Position numbers and translations under genes: made by a program. The notes beneath the pieces were generated by a model. The model was not told the DNA's origin and did no database searches. It saw only the letters and a program-made list of their open reading frames with translations. From Basidiobolus meristosporus CBS 931.73 (Eukaryota > Fungi > Basidiobolomycota): 64,000 nucleotides of DNA. Below are positions 47,472-57,734 of this stretch, piece after piece. The DNA is taken from contig MCFE01000104.1 in NCBI GenBank assembly GCA_002104905.1, forward strand, positions 62,001 to 126,000, given 5' to 3'. The first letter of the stretch is position 1. Each line of letters begins with the position of its first letter.

Positions 47472-47526
47472 GCTTTGCCCCCTCCGCTCCTCTCTCCTTT
47501 ATCCTCATCCTGCTCACTCCTCAACC

Positions 47527-47534
47527 TGTGGGAT
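47527..47534 (-). promoter_or_regulatory. ATCCCACA upstream element (-63..-56 of U1 A1)
   Basis: Same motif at the same offset in otherwise unrelated U1 upstream sequences. Confidence 0.65.
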
Positions 47535-47883
47535 CCCCTTGATTTCATGCCATCCCTAGAGATTTCCTTGCTCACAAATATCTACTCCGCCATTTCTGGC
47601 CAGATGATTATCCATCATTTCTACTGAAGTAATGCTACCCCATTCACACCGAGTATTTTCACCAATGCCACCCATATCACTCACCACCCCACCAGTCCAT
47701 CTCTTTATCTCCTCTTCCTTTCGCTAGGAGTTCCCACTAGTGATACTCGTAAACCTCGCAGTTCTATTTCCATGATCACCATACTAATACTTTGTAGTGG
47801 GGAACTGGATGAGCACTGTGCTTTTTTGTACTTTCAAGTTGATGTTTGCGTAGAGATGGTGGTTTTTGAAATAAAGAGGAAGG

Positions 47884-48046
47884 CAGGAGGCGGCGCATGG
47901 CGCTCACCTCCCACAAACAAAAATTTAACAGTCGAGACACCCCGAAGGATGTTCGCGTCAAGGACCCTGAGGCGCTGTGCAATGCTCAAGTTCCAAGACG
48001 AACAGTCTGCCTTCTTGATCACAAACTGTCCCTGCCAGGTAAGTAT
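47884..48046 (-). ncRNA. U1: U1 snRNA, variant 2 (copy A2)
   Basis: Same U1 motifs; differs from variant 1 at four positions forming two compensatory pairs. Confidence 0.97.
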
Positions 48047-48101
48047 GCCGAACCAGGTTGCCAGAGGTGGCATAAAATAGAGCCGGCAGCCTCGAGTCAA
48101 T

Positions 48102-48109
48102 TGTGGGAT
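48102..48109 (-). promoter_or_regulatory. ATCCCACA upstream element (-63..-56 of U1 A2)
   Basis: Identical offset to A1 despite non-homologous flanks. Confidence 0.65.
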
Positions 48110-48269
48110 TCAGGTCGATATATGAATAGCATTGGACAAATATGGCATTCAATCTCAAGTAAGGCCTTCACTTGAAGTCACAAATCTCGTTACCATAACT
48201 GCATTTAATTCACAAGCATGGACGATTCGACAAACCTAACTAATAATCACTTTTCTGTCTATCGTAGTT

Positions 48270-49170
48270 GGCACCTGAGGCATTTCTTAATAATAGGGTC
48301 AAGGTCATGAAGATCTGTGGTGGAGATTTCAATAGCATAACCTACGATATGCTTGACGCCTGACACGTGCACCTGAGTAAATAAAGGTGAGCATATTGAC
48401 CTCAAATGATAAGGAGGATGTGATTTACACTCAATTTAGCTTTGCGCATAACCTAAACTGGGGGTTCACACTAGGACACAAAAACGAACATCACTTGCTG
48501 AGTAAGCTCGTTGTTGGAGATAACCATGCTACAAAATGGTGATCAAATAAGCGCCAACCCAAAGGCGTTGCTTGAACTCACCCTACCAAAGGTACCCAAA
48601 AGCAGCTTGATCAGGCTCTAGCTGTTTAACAATTTCTGCAAGACCTCCTTTCCCTAAGCTGACGTTAATAATCGTGCTCAAAGACGCTCGTTATATATGT
48701 AGCACCTGTGGAGTTCACTTCAAGTATATCCCCTCTGTCTTCAGAATACGTCAAGAGTAGCCTAGATGGGTAAGGCCAACCTCGGAAAAATCACGCTGAT
48801 GTCAAAATGTTCCAGGGTTACCAGTTTGTATCAGAATTGTCTTTAACAAGAGCTATATTAGAGTATATCACAGGTGAGATGGGTAGACACAACTGCCTTG
48901 GCTAATACACGCACCAGACTGCTTTTGCTCGAGATTAAATTGGATAAGATCAAAGCACTCGACATATAAAAGCAGTGATTGAACTGAAGCACTCATTCGT
49001 AAGACATGCCAACAAAACCCACAAATCCATTGGATTGCACTCGAATTTTGAATTGACGATTGACCTAATTATGGCGAAGTGTGGCTAAGCTCATGATGTT
49101 CTAGCGGAATATACCCGTATTGAACCTGGTCAGAGGGGATCACATTATTACAGTTAGGTGGGGATAGACG
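48270..49170 (+). pseudogene. Possible decayed RCC1-repeat gene relic
   Basis: Fragmentary translations VKVMKICGGDFNS, KLVVGDNHA, G*GQ(L)G, RVY...DGRHNCLG, LVRGDHII, interrupted by stops and frameshifts. Confidence 0.3.
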
Positions 49171-49392
49171 AAGATAGGCAGAAGGAAAGATTAAACTAAA
49201 CATGATTGACACCATAATCTAGCAAATCGAGGAATGGTTTGGTAAATGCCTCAAGAGTAAACAAAGGGATGGGCGTTTTATTCGGTATATAATGACGATT
49301 TTGATCACATCCATTAATAACGATAAAAAAATCAACTTCCCCATTTAGTGAAAACAAACAGTATTACAATAACAATAAAGACACTTTAGAAA

Positions 49393-50703
49393 ATGACTTT
49401 ATCTGTAAAGACGAGCTTACTCGACGAAAATACAAAAAGGTCAACCCAGGCTCCAGGAGCTTCCTCAGAAAACCCACTTAATAAGGTATTCATACTATTC
49501 TTCACAAGGACGACCTTTTCCTCTAAACTCATCTTGGTAATAGTCTAATAATCAAGCTTGCTCGAAGGTGTGTTTTGAACATGGTTGCTTCTGGCATTTG
49601 CAATGCGTTTCCAGTTGACTTATGACTGACCTTACTCTATATGTAGCAGCCGAATATACCTCTAGACAAAAGACCGAACAAATTGGCCTCGCCTTCGAAA
49701 TTCGTATATGTATGCTCGGTTTTTTGAAGGGCAATTGGTGATACACAGATTATGCTAAACGATACCTATTCGATCATCTAGAGATCACACATTAGCCCTT
49801 TAAGACGTCAACATCCATATCTACCTTCTTCGAGACTATCTCCACTTACGGCTAAGATGTACAAAAAGATGGAAGCCTGCCGGATTGAAAAGGTGGATAT
49901 ATACATGCGTAACACAGCGCCGTTGAAATGATACCAACCATCTTCACTTCAGGAAAACTTCAACCCGCAAACAATAACCAAAAATAAGAGTTCCAAAAAA
50001 CCGCAGATGGTGGAGGGAAGTCTTTTGAATTACTTCAAGCCTGATTCAACGCTGGAAACGCTTTCCAGTGTAACAAAAGATCTTGGAGAGATAAAGGCAC
50101 TTCTCTTAGAAGTCAAAGAAGGGAATTCCACGGCCATACAGGTGAAACGCTTAGATAATGTGATTGATCAACTGGAAACCAAACTGCAAAGCTATCAACC
50201 CAAGCAAGGTAGAGCTCAAAAAGCAGTCGGCTCTGGCAACTCCCTGGAGAAAGTTTCTACACAACATAAGGATAATGACGATATCAAAGAAAAAGCTGCC
50301 CGTATCGAAGAGTTGGAGAGAAAGCTCACGGAATTTGAAGCAAATCACATTCCTAAAGCCGAGTACGATCGTTTGAAACAAGAGCTGGCTGAAAGTCAGG
50401 AATTGATAGACGAGTGCAAAGCATGTCTGGAAGAAATCGACTCCACTAAGCCACAGGACATGTCAGATCTGCAAAAGAAGATCAATGAGCAGTCGCTGCT
50501 TATCGAAGGACTGCAGGATCGCCTGGCGGTCGCAGAGTTCCATAAGGCCAATTATGAAAGGGCGCAAGAAGAAATCGCCGAGCTTCGAGCTGCACTTGAA
50601 GACCTCATTAATGAGAACGAAATGGTCTGTACCCTCCAACCAATTTGAACCGAGAATTATATACACTAACGTTGTAACGCTTCTACAGCTTCATAACAGT
50701 TAG
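49393..50703 (+). CDS. Uncharacterised coiled-coil protein (multi-exon; 5' structure uncertain)
   Basis: 213-aa ORF 50007-50648 with heptad character; terminal exon LHNS* after a GT-AG intron; plausible first exon MTLSVKTSLLDEN at 49393. Confidence 0.55.
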
Positions 50704-50969
50704 GGTTAGCAGTAGTACAAGTCAAGACAAATCCACGCGCAACTCTACCATTGCCACAAGGCACATACAGCCGAGACCCACATTCAAATATCTTCTGTAA
50801 CTTTTATTTAGAAAGGGGATTCTCAAAAATACGAACTCAGACAAAGGCAATAAAGTAATAAGACTTCCGACAAATGGGAAAGCTGGGTGAATTGAGGATG
50901 AGAATTTTTGTGTAAATCAGATAGGTGTACGTTTGCAGTTATTTGGATATGATATGAATAACTAAGTAA

Positions 50970-51838
50970 TTATACAGTAAAGCGATCTTTGTTACAAGAT
51001 CCACTCTTGGTGGCATCTGCGTGGGCTTGGAACTCGATGGTTTGATTTGGGTTCATGGAGAGCGAACTCTTCAGATGTTGACTAGATACGACGGATGCGT
51101 TATTCAGCAGGTCACAGGTGTTAAGAAGAGGATGTGAGTAATTACCCAATGCTTTCACAGGCCTCCTTGTCGGTAATACGTGTCCATAGCGAGATACGAT
51201 AGAATCCCTTACGGATTGACACGACGCCTCCGCAAATCTCGCTCTCGTATTGGAATCCTTCACCGATACATTCAAGCATCTATCAACAAGGTCCGAAGTT
51301 GAGCATTGGCGCCAACCGAAAATTTATGAAACACACTCACAGTATACAGCCAGAGGGTGTTGATATGCTCGCCGGTCTTTTTGGGGAACTGTATCACCCA
51401 CTTGCCACCTTTCGAGTTGGCTGGATCTTCCCACATGGGCTTGATGCCAGCCTTGAACAAATGGTAGTTGGAGCCAGCCGTCAAGTCACTGGGACGCACG
51501 ACGTTGTTGTATATTCTGAAGGATGATACGTGGTCAATATGAGTTACCCGCCAATCGGTGCCACTGACAACTTACCCCCAGAAGTCTTCAACAGTGTCGA
51601 AGGTGACGATCTCCTTGAGATTTTGAGACCAGCTGGCTTGGTTGGCCTTTTTACCTGGGTTGTCATACCACAGGGTCCACTGGCTATGAAGTGGATGCTT
51701 CACGTTGAAGTTGACGGGATCCGAAAAGACGGTGACCATCTCCTGTTCGCCTTCTAAAATTTCAGGAGTGTCCTGGCTAGCCTCGGCCATAGTAACTTCT
51801 TGGGGGGCTACGTCATTTTCTACGTGGTCGGCGCTCAT
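50970..51838 (-). CDS. CDC33: Cap-binding translation initiation factor eIF4E (3 introns)
   Basis: KHPLHSQWTLWYD, FDTVEDFWG-IYNN, YHLFKAGIKPMWEDPAN, GGKW, EICGGVVSIRKGFYRISLW. Confidence 0.96.
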
Positions 51839-52594
51839 GGTTGCAGTTCAATTAATGATAATCAGTTGGGTGCTGTGAAAAAATCAAGGTTGATCAGAAT
51901 CCAGCACGCAGATGAGTTGCGAAGTACGAGGCAGGCAAGAGAGAGAAACGCAAGCACCTCGCGGCAAAATATCAGTGCAGTGGTTTACCTAGGGTAAGAG
52001 GGACAAATAACTGGTCTGGCAAGTCTATCCTGGTCTTTTCTTCGAAGTTTTTGGGAGGAACGAGAGAAAAAAATAAAAACTACAAATAAAACAAGTATAT
52101 GTAGAAGGAATAAAAAACACTAAAAAAATACAGGCTCTCTAAGGGATGTATATGCTTTTAAATTCTTAGTGTTGAGCTAAGAAAAATATTGGTAGCCTTC
52201 TGATAGAGAACAATAAGGAGTATGAAGTCGTTAAGAATGCGTTGTCATAGGTGTTCTAATCTCAAAAAAAAACCCAGCCAATTTTCGAGAAAAAAAAAGA
52301 ATTCGCCATAAGCAGAGATTCTTTTTCGATGATTGATTGCTCAGACTTCAATTCAAATGATTTTCCCAGCGATATCATCGATAACATGGGCCCAGCAGTG
52401 TCATGAATTATGCTAAAGAAGGTTTATTATTAAGCATTGGCTACTAAACATCAACGGAAAATCGCTGTACATTGGAATATACATGATCAGCATTGATTAG
52501 GTCTAATCTAGGTGTACAATACTTGCTAGTCGAATGTGGGTGATTTCTCACTGGGAGCGTCGTATGAACTGCTAGCTTGAGGAGTGGCCATGCT

Positions 52595-53724
52595 CTAGAC
52601 ATGCTTGGATTTCGTGTTGACTCTCCACAGCCCGAAGATGTAATTCAACCGAATCACCAGTAGGTCAATTGCCATTCGAATGGAGTCCCGAATTAAAGAG
52701 ATCTTGGATCCATCCACTTCGTGCCAATTGACCGATACTTCGGCAATAGGAATCGAAAGATATTCGGCAATCAGCAATACCTCGATATCAAATATCCAGC
52801 CTTCAACATGGGTGTTGGGGAAGATTTGTTGAGCGGCTGCTCTTGTAAAAAGCTTAAAGCCGCATTGGGTATCCGCGATTTTCCGAATGCCAAGTATGTA
52901 GAGAACCTTGTGAAACGAGTGCATCAACAAATTCCGGATGAATGATCGCTGGGTTGATATTAAGAAGAATGTTGGCATCAGTACTAGGTTTGCTAAGGGC
53001 TTCGACCTGCTATTCAATTACCTTGACAACAGCTTCAGTTTTAACGAGATGTGCTCTTGATCCGATAGCAACGCCCAGGTCATTGGTTTTGATCTTATTT
53101 AACTCAGCTTCAAGAAGCTCCAAATCCGCGAAACGCGTGGCACCGTCAGCATCAGCAAAGAGGATGTATTTGCCGCGAGCATTGAGTATACCCTTGATGA
53201 GTGTTAGTATCAGGATGCGGAGGAATTCGTCATTGGATGTACCTGAGTTACTGCACCACCCTTGCCTCTATTTTTCTCCAGAGTCAGGACTCGAAGATTC
53301 TTCACGTCATTATTCTTCCCAAAGTCCAAGGCGACCTGGGTTGTATTATCCTTACTACCGTCGTCAACAATCAGAATTTCATAATTGGACTCGGGGTTTT
53401 CTGCAGCACGCTTGTTCAAAAAGGCAACACATTCAGCCAGCATGATAGGGAGGCGTGAGGTCTCGTTATATGCAGGTATCACCACTGACAAGGCAACACT
53501 AGGCTCATCCGATAAACTTGGGAGCAAGTTCTTCTCTTTGCTGAAACCATCGCGATAGTAGCGTTCATTCTCTGTTCTCTGACGTGGTTTTGGGCTGGCC
53601 ACAATCAGAAACACCAAAGCCTGAACACAAAGGTTGAGTACATGCACTCCGAAGAGAATAACGCGGAACTTACACAAGCGCTTAACAGTAATAAGCTTGA
53701 TGCTAGAAATACTAGGACAGCCAT
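52595..53724 (-). CDS. ALG5: Dolichyl-phosphate beta-glucosyltransferase (multi-exon)
   Basis: N-terminal TM; [63 protein letters not shown]. Confidence 0.94.
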
Positions 53725-54569
53725 TTTGTAGGCAAATTGAGGGTTCTTGTAGGTGTAGTTGCCCAAAGTCGAGTTTATCAAGTGTTTGCAAGGTTCAAAT
53801 CACAGCAGTTTATCAGCCAGTGACTTGCGCTGTAGGTAAAGGTGAAACTCCGACGGCTTTGGAGGGAGGAGAAAGGCGGTTTGGTAATATAAAGCAATTA
53901 TCTGCAAACTAACCAACTTCAGCTGTTATCAAGTAGTGTGCAGACCGTCCCAAGTTGATTGCTCTTACATTACCAAACACTATTGGTCAATTAATATAAT
54001 AGATGGCAAATTCACTTGTAGTTCTCGGATTCGAGGAAATAAACTGAATGCAATACCACTCGGATAAGCCTCCATTTGCCATGAATATGGATTTCCCTAA
54101 TCTATTCATATAGTCTGAGGTAAATTCGAAGCAGATTCTATTACACATGGGTAATGCAAACTCTCAAATCACAAGACTCATTCTTGAGAACATACTTGCC
54201 ATTGGCCAAAGCATCCACAATAACACTATAATACGAAAGATACTTGTCAATTTCGATCGGCAATTGTTTCCATTCTACATAATCCAATATATTAAATTTC
54301 GTAAATCGACCAACAACCGAAATATAACTATTTATACGGCATAGAGCCAACCAGTTAAATTCATAAACATACTTCAATAAAGACTAGTTTGGTGGGCAAA
54401 GACTACAGTCATTAAGCTATATATATCCATCATAAGAAATTTACTAACACCCTGCTTTTCCAAATTCACAGGACTCCAGCTGTGCAAGAGTAAGATTCAA
54501 TTGCGCTAGTATTCAACTGTGTATTTTCAATAATTATATTTGTTCTTATTGTTGAGGTATAGAGGAAGG

Positions 54570-54732
54570 CAGGAGGCGGCGCATGGCGCTCACCTCCCAC
54601 AAACAAAAATTTAACAGTCGAGACACCCCGAAGGATGTTCGCGTCAAAGACCCTGAGGCGCTGTGCAATGCTCAAGTTCTAAGACGAACAGCCTGCCTTC
54701 TTGATCACAAGCTGTCCCTGCCAGGTAAGTAT
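54570..54732 (-). ncRNA. U1: U1 snRNA, variant 1 (copy B1)
   Basis: Identical to A1 over the RNA; ATCCCACA at 54796-54789 (-64..-57). Confidence 0.97.
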
Positions 54733-55145
54733 GCTTTGCCCCCCTCCGCTCCCCTCTCCTTTATCCTCATCCTGCTCACTCCTCAACCTGTGGGATCCCC
54801 TTGATTTCATGCCATCCCTAGAGATTTCCTTGCTCACAAATATCTACTCCGCCATTTCTGGCCAGATGATTATCCATCATTTCTACTGAAGTAATGCTAC
54901 CCCATTCACACCGAGTATTTTCACCAATGCCACCCATATCACTCACCACCCCACCAGTCCATCTCTTTATCTCCTCTTCCTTTCGCTAGGAGTTCCCACT
55001 AGTGATACTCGTAAACCTCGCAGTTCTATTTCCATGATCACCATATTAACTTTTTGTAGTGGGGAACTGGATGAGCACTGTGCTTTTTTGTACTTTCAAG
55101 TTGATGTTTGCGTAGAGATGGTGGTTTTTGAAATAAAGAGGAAGG

Positions 55146-55308
55146 CAGGAGGCGGCGCATGGCGCTCACCTCCCACAAACAAAAATTTAACAGTCGAGAC
55201 ACCCCGAAGGATGTTCGCGTCAAGGACCCTGAGGCGCTGTGCAATGCTCAAGTTCCAAGACGAACAGTCTGCCTTCTTGATCACAAACTGTCCCTGCCAG
55301 GTAAGTAT
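55146..55308 (-). ncRNA. U1: U1 snRNA, variant 2 (copy B2)
   Basis: Identical to A2 over the RNA; ATCCCACA at 55371-55364 (-63..-56). Confidence 0.97.
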
Positions 55309-55562
55309 GCCGAACCAGGTTGCCAGAGGTGGCATAAAATAGAGCCGGCAGCCTCGAGTCAATTGTGGGATTCAGGTCGATATATGAATAGCATTGGACA
55401 AATATGACATTCAATCAAGCAAGGCCTTGTCACAAATCACATTATGCTAGTTGAGCTGAGTTCACATGCAAACGTGTCTTACAAACTGAGCTACCAGTCA
55501 GTGTTTCCAAGTCTAGCATTAACATTTTATTTACACAGTACGGATGTACCCATTTGTATGAT

Positions 55563-57292
55563 TTATGTCAGTTTCACTCGTTTGGTTTGCCGATTTTCGT
55601 TGAATTTCGCCTTAAATATCAATGAGTTTGTGAGGATTTTATAACGTGAGTGGATACACATACCTTCAAGCCCTTCAGTTCGTTTGTAATGCTTTCCGCC
55701 TTGATTCGTAATTCAGATGCTACATGACACATGGCCAAGCATGATTAGGACCAAGCAAATAACCTAAAAATGGACCTTATTTACCAGTACTCAGCAACAA
55801 TAGATCCGTATCCTCTACAGGCCCGTATTGTAAAATCATCTTCTCAAAGCTCTCCAGCTTTCTTCGCAAGATGATGGTTTCATTCATGATACCTTCAACA
55901 TCCACACTGCGGCGTTTGTCAAAGGCTTGTTTGCTAAAGAGATCCGAGTTTTAATGATCATTCGGCTGAAGCTGTTGAGAATTAATGCGCAGTACTGACT
56001 TGGCCATGGTTGTTGTCAACCTGTATTGTAATCCATCGATTTTCTTGCCGTTTTGATTCTCGCATTCTCTCAACATTTCCTAAAATCCAATTTCGATTTA
56101 GCAAAGCTCGTATGATTCAAGCAGGCATTAGAATCCGTTACTCTTAGTTGCTTGATCTCCACTGCCTGCTTGGCAGTCAGTTCATCACATTCTCTTAGCT
56201 TGGCTGCTAACTTTTTAGTCTCTTGACTGGACGTTGTTTTCTTATCAAGATTCCTCAGTTGTTCCACCTCGTGGCTAAGCTCGTAATATTGCTCCATCAG
56301 TTGTTGCTCTTTCAGCATATACTGCTTTTTAATCATAACGATGTCTATCAACTCCAATGTAAATAAATGTAGTGTGATGCAGTCATGGCGAATTTACCTT
56401 TGGTGTTTTCACGCGTCAGAGCCTTCAAGCGCTTGTTTTTGTCCAGAAGAACTTCCACTGTCGAGGTGAATCTCTCTCGTATTGTCTTTTCCTCCTGAGC
56501 ATGTTGATCATTGAGTAGAGCTAACTGCCGATTTAGCTGGGTATTGTATTGTTTCTGTAGGGTGATTGAGTCACCATCACATCTATTAACATCTTTCGAT
56601 AACGAACGTACCTGTTCTTCTAATCGTTGTTCTAGGTTGAATGTTTTCTCCCGGAGATACATGATCTCATCGTCCTTCGATATACTTATCAAATCCTAAG
56701 GGTGCCTCCACTTTGTTAGATGGCTAAAAGGAAGATTACTCATAGAGTTACATACCTCACTGTGAACGGCCTCGGTATCTTCTTCGTATACGTTTTCTAT
56801 CTTTTTCCCGTTTACCAGCTCCTGCTGGAACAGAGCTAGCAGATGCTGTATCTTTCTATTCTGTCTCATATTTTCAACTAGAGAATAAGAAGATCTTTTG
56901 AGTAGCTGTATGACAATGATTGTTAAGGGGAAAGTAAATACGCTTGAGTTGCTGATTCTCAGCTTTTATTTCTGAACTTTGCACTCTCTCCTGGTTTATT
57001 TCAGCTAGGGTTCTATCGTATTTTTCTTGGAGCAGAGATATCTCTTTCAAGCCGGAAGTCACTTTGCGATTCAATATTAACGTGTCGTTTTCCAGTGGCT
57101 TACAAACTTTATCCATTCTATTTACAAGCTCATTGATTTCCTCGTTGTAAAAACCTTGTATTAAAGTGGTCAGCTCTCGATTTTGAGTCTTGGAAATTCA
57201 CAGAGCAACCTACCAACGCGTTTTCTATAATATTCCAGTAATTCTTTTGATGGGGGTAACTGATCGATTTCATTTTGTACTTCATGGTCCAT
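55563..57292 (-). CDS. CCDC77: CCDC77-like coiled-coil (centriolar) protein, multi-exon
   Basis: Exon 1 MDHEVQNEIDQLPPSKELLEYYRKRV; INQERV...ENQQLK; RKIQHLLAL; C-terminal FDKRRSVDVEGIMNETIILRRKLESFEKMI and KAESITNELKGLK. These follow the order of human CCDC77 blocks as I recall them (PSKELLEYY, QEREHV, KKIQNLLAL, RRILEVEGF, KIQGELKNLK). Confidence 0.8.
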
Positions 57293-57734
57293 ATTATTCA
57301 AAACTTGGAAATCAAGAAGGAATTACTCTCATTCAAGGAATTGCTCTCTATTTGTGATGGTGTCTCTACTCGCGACGATTATTTGTTTATATTATAAAAT
57401 GCCGAAAAATAATCGGCTATGGACCGATTCATCCAGTCATCACTCTGCAGTTTATTACCGTGTTTCGAGATTTGATGTTTGCCACTTGAAATCTCTTCAC
57501 CAAGTTTGTGGCTTAGCAAATATAGGATAAACTCACTCCACTTTATTCAGTAATAGAGTAGTAGCAGACTTCGATCATGACAGATAGCTCATCTACATCC
57601 ACATTGTAGCAAGGACCATTAGGCAACGCAAAAATTAGCAACTCAAACTATAAAATAGTCAGGGTTATGATTATGACTAGGTATGAATGAAAGCGAGGAT
57701 GTACTCTAAACAACTTGACAAGGCAATCAGGCCA

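Larger units (their letters stand above)
47140..48186. repeat. Copy A of ~1.04-kb direct repeat (two-U1 cassette)
   Basis: Colinear with 54402-55438; near-identical core, diverged edges. Confidence 0.95.
54402..55438. repeat. Copy B of ~1.04-kb direct repeat (two-U1 cassette)
   Basis: Colinear with 47140-48186; offset ~7.26 kb. Confidence 0.95.

Noticed and set aside
48438-48448. AGCTTTGCGCA, matching the 5' end of human U4
   Set aside because: No U4 stem I, kink-turn or Sm site follows, and it is a poorer complement to this U6 (TGCACAAGGAT) than expected.
47322-55414. Repeated ORFs such as MALTSHKQKFNSRD... and MITIL...
   Set aside because: They are chance reading frames overlapping the U1 genes and their spacers.
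47140-55438. Direct repeats read as LTRs of a retroelement or a composite transposon
   Set aside because: The repeats are U1 gene cassettes. There are no TG...CA termini, PBS/PPT, TSD, or gag/pol/transposase between them.
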